Assembly (NCBI GenBank): GCA_964438395.1
Contig: CAYTLC010000047.1
Location: forward strand, 1-14,819
Length of the DNA: 14,819 nt
Direction: 5' to 3'
From: an uncultured Candidatus Scalindua sp.
GTDB lineage: Bacteria; Planctomycetota; Brocadiia; Brocadiales; Scalinduaceae
Positions 8,129-14,468 of the stretch are shown in pieces. Position numbers and translations under genes: made by a program. The notes beneath the pieces are model-generated. The model saw nothing but the letters and a program-made list of their open reading frames with translations, did no database searches and was not told where the DNA came from. The stretch's first letter is position 1, and every line of letters starts with the position of its first letter.

Positions 8129-8146
8129 TTAAACGTTTAACGTTAA
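8129..8146. promoter_or_regulatory. Two overlapping perfect palindromes (TTAAACGTTTAA / TTAACGTTAA) in the KS-to-KS-like spacer; candidate protein-binding site
   Basis: A 12-bp palindrome at 8129-8140 and a 10-bp palindrome at 8137-8146 share TTAA, with centres 7 bp apart. They lie within the 81-nt AT-rich gap between the two ketosynthase genes. Function unknown. Confidence 0.3.
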
Positions 8147-8160
8147 CTTGATTTTTGGTA

Positions 8161-9387
8161 TTAGCCGGTAAACCTTTTTAGTATGAGGCTGCTATTGTTA
8201 CCACCAAATGCATATGCGTTATTCATGGCAATATCAACCTGCATTTCACGCTTAACATTAGGTACAAAATCCAGATCGCACTCAGGATCCTTTGTTTCGT
8301 AATTTATAGTTGGAGGCACAACACTCTCTTTAATGGCTAAAGCGCATGCGATTGCCTCTATGGCGCTGGCAGCTCCCATTGTATGTCCAAGCATCGACTT
8401 TATGGAACTTATCGCCAGATTCTTTGCATGTTCTCCAAAGACCCTCTTAATAGATATTGTTTCCGCCTTGTCGTTAGCTACTGTTCCCGTACCATGAGCA
8501 CTCATATACTGAACATCTTCGGGCTTGATTTTTGCACTTTGCAACGCTTTTGTCATAGCCGAAGTAACACCATTTCCCTCCGGATGTGGAATTGTAATGT
8601 GATAACCGTCACAACTAAGTCCATAACCCAGGATCTCGGCATAAATATTTGCGCCTCTAGCCAGTGCACCTTCCATAGATTCTAATACCAGCATTCCGGC
8701 ACCTTCACCAACCAACAGGCCTTTTCTGTTCTTATCAAAAGGTTGGCAAATGTCAGGTGCAATAGCATTTAGCCTGCTAAAACCGACAAATGCTACTTTA
8801 GAAAACGGATCAGAGCCGCCGGCAAGCATTATGTCAGCTCTACCTAATTTTATCAGGTCACATGCATATCCAATAGCATAGTTTCCCGCTGCACATGCAG
8901 TAGGTATTATTGTGCTTGGCCCTTTAAGACCAAATTCAATAGATATGTTAGACGGCATATTGACGCAGGGATGCTGATGGAACAGACCGGGGTCTACGCT
9001 ATCCTCACCCTTCTCATGTCTGATATAGTTTACTTTTTCCAGAATCTGAATTTCACCTGCAGTTGTTCCAATTGAAACACCTGTTCTTTCAGGGTCAGTA
9101 TTGTTCAGGTCAACATTAGAGTCATCGATAGCGAGTTTTGCAGCAGCTATGGCAAATTGTGAACCTTTGCCAATCTCTCGATTTGAACCATTTTTTGTGT
9201 AATCTCCATAATTGAAATCTTTGACTGTACAGCCTCTGTGAACTTTAAAAGGAGAGGTGTCAAATGATGTGATCTCAGATACACCGGATGTGCCTGAGAT
9301 TAATGCATCCCAAAACAGATCTTTTGTGTTTCCAATAGGGGAGATTACACCTAAACCGGTAATTACAATTCTTTTATCTTTATCCAT
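8161..9387 (-). CDS. fabF: Beta-ketoacyl-ACP synthase, KAS II (FabF) family, catalytically complete
   Basis: 408 aa. N-terminus [24 protein letters not shown]. Active-site Cys165 ([14 protein letters not shown]), His298 (YMSAHGTGT), Lys306 (NDKAE), His335 ([11 protein letters not shown]). C-terminus [13 protein letters not shown]. Starts 29 nt after the fabZ stop. Confidence 0.9.
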   Translation of the reverse strand: MDKDKRIVITGLGVISPIGNTKDLFWDALISGTSGVSEITSFDTSPFKVHRGCTVKDFNYGDYTKNGSNREIGKGSQFAIAAAKLAIDDSNVDLNNTDPERTGVSIGTTAGEIQILEKVNYIRHEKGEDSVDPGLFHQHPCVNMPSNISIEFGLKGPSTIIPTACAAGNYAIGYACDLIKLGRADIMLAGGSDPFSKVAFVGFSRLNAIAPDICQPFDKNRKGLLVGEGAGMLVLESMEGALARGANIYAEILGYGLSCDGYHITIPHPEGNGVTSAMTKALQSAKIKPEDVQYMSAHGTGTVANDKAETISIKRVFGEHAKNLAISSIKSMLGHTMGAASAIEAIACALAIKESVVPPTINYETKDPECDLDFVPNVKREMQVDIAMNNAYAFGGNNSSLILKRFTG

Positions 9388-9416
9388 GGTTGATTATTTT
9401 TAAAGTACTAATGCTT

Positions 9417-9866
9417 TTATCCTGTTAATGAATCTTTGTCCGCAACACCAAAGCTCAACGTCGCTTTTGTTACAACTTTGTCTCCCACTTTTGCCACTCC
9501 CTTAACTATTGCCGCACTGGAAATGACCTTTTCAATATCTACTTCCAGAATAAGCTGGTCACCGGGAAATACGGGTTTTGAAAAACGTACGTTTGCGGAA
9601 GCCAACAAGAAGACTTTATCTTTATTCTGCTCGGTATCAAAGCTCTTTTTGAAGAGGATAATCGAGGCTTGCGCCAGAGCTTCTACAATGAGAACCCCAG
9701 GCATTATGGCAAAATCAGGGAAGTGTCCAACGAAGAAAGACTCATTGCCGGAGATGTTTTTCAGGCAAACAATTCTGCTCTCTTTTTGAAGTTCAGTAAC
9801 TTTATCAATAAATAAGAAAGGGTATTTTTGAGGAACCAACTCTCTTACTTCCTCAAAGTTCAACAT
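9417..9866 (-). CDS. fabZ: 3-hydroxyacyl-ACP dehydratase FabZ
   Basis: 149 aa hot-dog fold protein. LVPQKYPFLFIDKV; catalytic His in FFVGHFPDFAIMPGVLIVEALAQ, with the catalytic Glu in VEALAQ; PVFPGDQLILEV. Collinear with E. coli FabZ. Confidence 0.92.
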   Translation of the reverse strand: MLNFEEVRELVPQKYPFLFIDKVTELQKESRIVCLKNISGNESFFVGHFPDFAIMPGVLIVEALAQASIILFKKSFDTEQNKDKVFLLASANVRFSKPVFPGDQLILEVDIEKVISSAAIVKGVAKVGDKVVTKATLSFGVADKDSLTG

Positions 9867-9973
9867 ATAAAATAACCTTTCGTTCTATCGTATATAGTAG
9901 CCACCGCCCATCCACCTTTATCGTTTGTGGATAGGCAAATAGATGATTAAGAAAGCGTAACAAGCTTTATCTA

Positions 9974-10225
9974 TTATCCTTCAAGTGTAGACCTGGTCAT
10001 CTCAATAGTTGCATTCAATGATGTAATGTCTACAAGTTTTTCTTCCGGAATTTGAACCTTAAACTTCTTTTCTATAAGGGCAAGAATTTCCAATGCCAAT
10101 AAGGAATCAATTTCCAGATCCTTAAAAAAATCAGCATCCCTTTTTTCCCATATTTCAGTCTCATCCAGCTCGGTTACTTCAGCAACAATAGCAGTGATAT
10201 CTTTCTCTAAGTTCTCTGCAGACAA
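9974..10225 (-). CDS. acpP: Acyl carrier protein (cluster-dedicated ACP)
   Basis: 83 aa acidic protein with the phosphopantetheine attachment motif DLEIDSLLALEIL (DSL). It uses a TTG start at 10225-10223. GGAGG (10233-10237) lies 7 nt upstream and an in-frame TAG at 10238-10240 blocks any longer ORF. Confidence 0.88.
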   Translation of the reverse strand: MSAENLEKDITAIVAEVTELDETEIWEKRDADFFKDLEIDSLLALEILALIEKKFKVQIPEEKLVDITSLNATIEMTRSTLEG

Positions 10226-10668
10226 TATCTTACCTCCCTAATAAACAACCAGAAATCTAACTATGAACCCAAAACACCAATCAAAAAGCTATTTAAACGG
10301 GTATTTATGAAGTTACATTCTGTAAAAATTATTGATCTAAAAGTATTGATAGTATTTGATTACGATAAAATGAAAATTATCGAAAAGGGAAAAATAACAA
10401 ACTTATATCAATATGTCAATAACAATCTTAGGACAATTTACATTGTTGACAGGTATAGACGATTACTGTTAGGAATAGTATATATTCAATCCAAACTGAT
10501 GGCATTTGAAACCGGTCCGAAAAACGTTGTTAATGAGTGTTTTCCTGGTGTATGTGCAGTAGAGAAGAACGGCGGAATGAAGTCGCGTAGGACTGACAAA
10601 AGTGTATAAGTCTCTAAGGTCACAGGACTTTCTATTATAATTGGTACTAGTTTTTTATTTAAATATAC

Positions 10669-10697
10669 TTGACAACAATACTTAGTATGGATAAACT
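10669..10697 (+). promoter_or_regulatory. Candidate sigma-70-type promoter for parA
   Basis: TTGACA (10669-10674), a 17-nt spacer, then TAAACT (10692-10697), about 55 nt upstream of ATG 10751. Pattern match only. Promoter rules in this lineage are not established. Confidence 0.35.
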
Positions 10698-10750
10698 TTT
10701 CACTATTATCCTGATATTTTCTATAAAAGCACAAATCAATGAGGAGCAAA

Positions 10751-11518
10751 ATGCGTAGTATTGCGTTCATAAATCAAAAAGGTGGGGTGGGGAAAACAAC
10801 TTCGACCGCAAATGTTGGAGCATGCCTGGCTGCACATGGCAAAAAGGTGCTTATCATAGACCTCGATCCTCAAGCCAACCTGAGTATTCATTTCGGTATT
10901 AATGTCCAGGGAAAAGATTCATCTATTTATGAGATTATGTGCGGTAAGAAGACTGTTAAAGATGTACTAATAAAGACTTCTATTGCTAATCTGGATATTA
11001 TCCCTTCCGACATTGACCTTGCAAGTGCAGAGGTAGAACTCGTTAACACGGTAGGGCGTGAAACAATCGTTAAGTTCTATCTTGAAGGGATGTTAGAAGA
11101 ATATGATTATGTTTTAATTGACTGTCCACCGTCTTTAGGTCTTCTCACTCTGAATGCACTTACTATTGCCAACGAAATTTTTATTCCTCTTCAGACTGAG
11201 TTCTTTGCTCTGCAGGGCGTAAGTAAGCTGATACAAACTTTTGATGTTATCAAGAAACGGCTGAACAGCAAGTTAGAGATCACAGGAATAATACCTTGTA
11301 TGCATGATAGCAGGACAAAGCTGGGGCAGGCAGTGCTTGATAAGATCAAAGAATATTTTTCAGATAAGGTATTTAAAACGACCATTAGAAAAAATATTAA
11401 GCTTTCAGAATCAACAAGTCATGGTGTGCCGGTTACAGTATACGCTCCGGATTCTAATGGCGCTCAAGATTACGAGACGTTAACCAAAGAGATAATGTCC
11501 ATGAAGAAAAAGAAATAG
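10751..11518 (+). CDS. parA: ParA/Soj-family partition ATPase
   Basis: Deviant Walker A with signature Lys (INQKGGVGKTTSTAN), A' motif VLIIDLDPQAN, Walker B YVLIDCPPSLG. The Soj-like C-terminus is APDSNGAQDYETLTKEI. The ORF opens at ATG 10739, but GAGGAG (10741-10746) 4 nt before ATG 10751 favours the second ATG (MRSIAFINQKGG...). Confidence 0.9.
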   Translation: MRSIAFINQKGGVGKTTSTANVGACLAAHGKKVLIIDLDPQANLSIHFGINVQGKDSSIYEIMCGKKTVKDVLIKTSIANLDIIPSDIDLASAEVELVNTVGRETIVKFYLEGMLEEYDYVLIDCPPSLGLLTLNALTIANEIFIPLQTEFFALQGVSKLIQTFDVIKKRLNSKLEITGIIPCMHDSRTKLGQAVLDKIKEYFSDKVFKTTIRKNIKLSESTSHGVPVTVYAPDSNGAQDYETLTKEIMSMKKKK

Positions 11519-11653
11519 CATCCCTGATGGGCGATGCATATATCCAGAGAGCGTGCTTCCCTGTAATACAATTTCAAACCGTAGATTAAACCAACAGTAT
11601 CTGTTTGTAGATTATAGAATTTTGGTGATATTTGTTGCTAAAAGGAAAGATTT

Positions 11654-12301
11654 GTGGCAAAAAAAAATGTACTTGGGTCGGATCCATTTGAGTGGTTAAA
11701 GAAGGATGATAAAGAAGAGGGCACTGAAGATAAGAAGAGCGATATTGGTGCTCAGAAGAAACAGGAAGAGAAACAAGCTGACCCGGTAGTAGCTAAAGAA
11801 GAGACAAGTGTTAAACAGGAAGTTAAACAAGAAGTAAAGCAGGAAGTAGAAAAGGAAGTAAAGAGTGAGGTAAAGAAAGAAGTAAAGAAAGAGGTAAAGA
11901 AGAAAGTAAAGCAGGAAGCGAAAGCATACGAACCTATAGATGTCTCCGCCACAACTAAACCACCGGTCAGCAAGGCTTACGATAAAATAATAGAACCATA
12001 TCTCCAGCAGGAAGAAGAAGCTTTTGAACCCAGTGACATATCAGAGGCAAATCGAAAAGCTGTTTTGGGTAAGGATGTCTATGCTCATCATGCCAAATCT
12101 CGTAAAGCAACACAAAAAGATAGCCCCGCAACTGCATTTGTAATTGTATACACAGTCTTATTGCTGATTCTCGGTTTCATAGTCTATAAAGATCTGACAA
12201 AACAGATTAATAAATTGGAGACGAAGTTGGACCGTGTAGAAAAGAAGCTTGATGAGGGTGTAATAGACTACGAGGATGCAAAACTAGATGGTGAGTGGTG
12301 A
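11654..12301 (+). CDS. Lys/Glu-rich repeat protein with a single TM helix and C-terminal coiled coil; possible ParA partner or adaptor
   Basis: GTG start at 11654 is the only start available: in-frame TAA at 11639-11641 and no Met codon anywhere in the 215 aa. AAGGAAAG lies upstream. The first ~165 aa are highly charged and include nine VK(Q/K)E tetrapeptide repeats. Hydrophobic helix ATAFVIVYTVLLLILGFIVY, then heptad-like KDLTKQINKLETKLDRVEKKLDEG. The protein ends ...KLDGEW. No family recognised. Confidence 0.7.
   Translation: MAKKNVLGSDPFEWLKKDDKEEGTEDKKSDIGAQKKQEEKQADPVVAKEETSVKQEVKQEVKQEVEKEVKSEVKKEVKKEVKKKVKQEAKAYEPIDVSATTKPPVSKAYDKIIEPYLQQEEEAFEPSDISEANRKAVLGKDVYAHHAKSRKATQKDSPATAFVIVYTVLLLILGFIVYKDLTKQINKLETKLDRVEKKLDEGVIDYEDAKLDGEW
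11810..11917 (+). repeat. 9 x 12-bp in-frame tandem repeat (GTWAARSARGAR-like) encoding (V-K/E-x-E)n
   Basis: Units in order: gttaaacaggaa, gttaaacaagaa, gtaaagcaggaa, gtagaaaaggaa, gtaaagagtgag, gtaaagaaagaa, gtaaagaaagag, gtaaagaagaaa, gtaaagcaggaa. They are contiguous from 11810 to 11917. Confidence 0.9.
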
Positions 12302-13092
12302 TTCATAATAGTATGTTCAACCTTAAACTTTTTTTCACGTCCATTATCCAATAATAGTTTCAACTCTCCGATATTAGAAATTCCCAGAAAAATTCCTGTA
12401 TACTCTTTATTGGCATTACGAACGTTGACCCTTCTTCCTATGTTCACACAGAACTCCTGCCACTTCTCCACAATATATTCGTAGCGTTCATCCTTTAATA
12501 TTAAGTACCACGAATCCAGATTTTGCAGCAGTGCCTTTGCAAAATTGGTGCGATCTATAAATGTCTCTTTTTCAATAGCAAGAGATGTTGCCGGTTGACC
12601 AATATGTTCAGGAAATTCATGCTTCTTTGAATTGACATTTATTCCAATTCCTACAATATAGTCTCTTAACTGTTCTGTATGGTCCTGTGTCTCTACAATT
12701 ATTCCACCCAATTTCTTGTTATTAATTACAAGGTCATTAGGCCAGTCGATATCAACAGGTAATTGGAACATGTCCCTTATGGTTTGTACGATAGCTACTG
12801 CAGTAATAACCATCAGAAGATACGAATTCTCCGGTTGGATTACAGGCCTTAAGACAACAGTCAGTAACAGGCCTTTTCCGCTCTTGCAATACCACTCTTT
12901 CCCTGACCGTCCTCTTCCCTGGGTCTGCTCTTCAACAAAGATAGTGGTTCCCTCAATAGCACCCTCTTTGAGCATCTTCTTTGCAATGTCCATTGTAGAT
13001 TCGGTACGTTCAAGCGTAACTATCTCCCTGCCTATAATATCTGTACGCAGGTTATCTTTAATCTTGTCAGCAGATAAGCGAACGTGTTTCAT
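12268..13092 (-). CDS. birA: Biotin--[acetyl-CoA-carboxylase] ligase, class I (no N-terminal HTH)
   Basis: 274 aa. Biotin-binding loop EEQTQGRGRSGKEWYCKSGKGLLLTVVLRP (GRGRxGxxW), then KWPNDL-like WPNDLVINNKKLGGIIVE and GIGINVN. The N-terminus goes straight into the catalytic domain. The last 34 nt overlap the convergent gene ending at 12301. Confidence 0.88.
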   Translation of the reverse strand: MKHVRLSADKIKDNLRTDIIGREIVTLERTESTMDIAKKMLKEGAIEGTTIFVEEQTQGRGRSGKEWYCKSGKGLLLTVVLRPVIQPENSYLLMVITAVAIVQTIRDMFQLPVDIDWPNDLVINNKKLGGIIVETQDHTEQLRDYIVGIGINVNSKKHEFPEHIGQPATSLAIEKETFIDRTNFAKALLQNLDSWYLILKDERYEYIVEKWQEFCVNIGRRVNVRNANKEYTGIFLGISNIGELKLLLDNGREKKFKVEHTIMNHHSPSSFASS

Positions 13093-13150
13093 CTGTTTTC
13101 TGGGAAGAATTTAATTGAGAATCTGAAGATTTTGCTTTGACGGCAGATAC

Positions 13151-14176
13151 TCATTTATGAGGTTCAATGATCACTTTTACAGACTCTTTGGCCTCGGTAA
13201 CCAGCTTAAAGCCCTTTACAGCTTCTGACAGGCCTAAACGATGAGTAATCATCTCCTGCACAGGAACACGCTGAGAACTGATCAACTCAATTGCCACCTC
13301 TATGTCAAGAGGGCTGGCGCCGTACGTTGGCACTAAGGTAACACAGTTTTTCCAGAACTCATTAAACGGTACGTTAAGAGTAGTCTCCGGGCCGCCCGGT
13401 GCAAAGTAAAGGATAGTACCTGCACGGTCTACAGATTTCATAGCGGTATCTAAAGCGGAGTCTGCTCCGGCTGTTAATATCACACGATCAGCAAGCCTGT
13501 TGTTGTTCACTTTGAGTAGATGTGAAGGCAGGTCGTCATGGGCAGAGATGACAGAATCCGCTCCAAACTTCTTTGCCATCTCCATACGAAATTCACTAAT
13601 ATCAGTAGCAATTATCTTTCCGGCTCCCAGTGATTTAGCGAGTAAAATGTGAAGAAGTCCTGACATTCCACTGCCGATAACAACGACAGTCTGGCCCGGT
13701 TCAATACGAGCTACTCTCTGTCCACGGACCACACAAGCCAGTGGTTCAATAAACGTTCCATCTTCCAGTGACATATTATCAGGAAGAATAGAGATTCCTC
13801 TGTCTACATTAATTTCCGGTACACGTATATACTCAGCAAAACCGCCGGGATCAAAGTTTGTAGTACGCAAGGAGTCGCATACAGTGTGGTGGCCATTCAA
13901 ACAGTAATGACACGTATTACAGGGAACGTGGTGCGATACAAAGACCCTGTCTCCCTTTTTGAATCGTTTAACATCCTCTCCTGTTTCAACAATCTCACCG
14001 GTTGCTTCGTGTCCAAGTACAAGTGGTGCTTTGTGAATACGATACCATTCCATTACGTCACTGCCGCAGATACCACAGGCCATTGATTTAAACAGTACCT
14101 CGCCTTTACCAATCTTCGGAGTTGGCATCTCTTCCACTCTAATGTCACTGTTATTGTAATACATTGCTACGCGCAT
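13151..14176 (-). CDS. Zinc-dependent medium-chain dehydrogenase/reductase (sorbitol/threonine dehydrogenase-like)
   Basis: Catalytic Zn ligands CGICGSD and LGHEATGEIV. Structural Zn motif CNTCHYCLNGHHTVC. NAD-binding VVVIGSGMSGL. The family-typical N-terminus MRVAMYYNNSDIRVEEMPTPKIGKGEVL begins at ATG 14176. The ORF-track start at 14281 adds 35 atypical residues and is probably not used. Confidence 0.88.
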   Translation of the reverse strand: MRVAMYYNNSDIRVEEMPTPKIGKGEVLFKSMACGICGSDVMEWYRIHKAPLVLGHEATGEIVETGEDVKRFKKGDRVFVSHHVPCNTCHYCLNGHHTVCDSLRTTNFDPGGFAEYIRVPEINVDRGISILPDNMSLEDGTFIEPLACVVRGQRVARIEPGQTVVVIGSGMSGLLHILLAKSLGAGKIIATDISEFRMEMAKKFGADSVISAHDDLPSHLLKVNNNRLADRVILTAGADSALDTAMKSVDRAGTILYFAPGGPETTLNVPFNEFWKNCVTLVPTYGASPLDIEVAIELISSQRVPVQEMITHRLGLSEAVKGFKLVTEAKESVKVIIEPHK

Positions 14177-14356
14177 ATTGATATCCCGGATATTTAGTAA
14201 GAAAGTTAAAGTCTGGTGCTTATATGGCTGGTCAAGTGTGCCTTTTCCTGCCACTCGTATAACAGCTTGATATAACGTCACACCTTATACCAGAATGGCA
14301 AAAAGCTTTCAACTGTTTTCTGTCAGTTCAGATGGAGTTGGCGATAGTGTGAAAAT

Positions 14357-14388
14357 AAGTGAGCTAAAGTTTAAAGTGAACTAAAGTT
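14357..14388. repeat. Tandem direct repeat AAGTGA(G/A)CTAAAGTT x2 upstream of the dehydrogenase gene; candidate regulator binding site
   Basis: AAGTGAGCTAAAGTT (14357-14371) and AAGTGAACTAAAGTT (14374-14388) match at 14 of 15 positions with a 17-bp period. They lie about 180-210 bp upstream of ATG 14176 on the - strand. Confidence 0.3.
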
Positions 14389-14417
14389 ATAAGAGGTGCA
14401 AAGATACATAAAGGATT

Positions 14418-14455
14418 AAAAAAAATGAAGATTTCAGGTTTGGCAGAAGCTGAAA
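14418..14455 (-). terminator. Weak candidate terminator after the PilZ gene
   Basis: On the - strand, the stem TTTCAG/CTGAAA (+ strand 14432-14437 / 14450-14455; 6 bp, 12-nt loop) is followed after 6 nt by U8 (A-run at 14418-14425 on the + strand). The stem is short and AT-rich, so confidence is low. Confidence 0.25.
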
Positions 14456-14468
14456 GAAAGAGGATTGA

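Noticed and set aside
9907-9935. Hairpin (ATCCAC / GTGGAT plus 2 extra bp with a bulge, 11-nt loop) in the 107-nt acp-fabZ spacer, considered as an internal terminator or attenuator.
   Set aside because: The stem is short, the loop is large, and no U-tract follows on the - strand. That is not enough to call a terminator. It could still be an mRNA processing or stability element.
10307-10609. 100-aa + strand ORF in the long intergenic region, and the overlapping 94-aa - strand ORF at 10486-10770.
   Set aside because: There is no SD upstream of either start. The composition is AT-rich (Ile/Lys/Asn/Tyr biased). There are no recognisable motifs. The - strand ORF also runs across the parA start and promoter region. 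I kept the region as a finding but do not call these as genes.
10739-10750. First ATG of the parA ORF (MRSK-MRSIAF...).
   Set aside because: GAGGAG at 10741-10746 is correctly spaced for ATG 10751, and it would lie inside the coding sequence if 10739 were used. The difference is only 4 codons, so the call is uncertain but immaterial.
10226-12301. Search by eye for a parS site (TGTTNCACGTGAAACA-like) near parA, and the GTAGATTA direct repeats (11581-11588, 11607-11614) as a centromere-like element.
   Set aside because: I found no parS-like palindrome. An 8-mer occurring twice in AT-rich spacer is within chance expectation.
14177-14281. 35-aa N-terminal extension of the dehydrogenase ORF (MTLYQAVIRVAGKG...).
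   Set aside because: MDR dehydrogenases begin with the beta-strand M(K/R)xAxxYxxxDIRVEE, which matches the internal ATG at 14176 exactly. The extension has no family counterpart.
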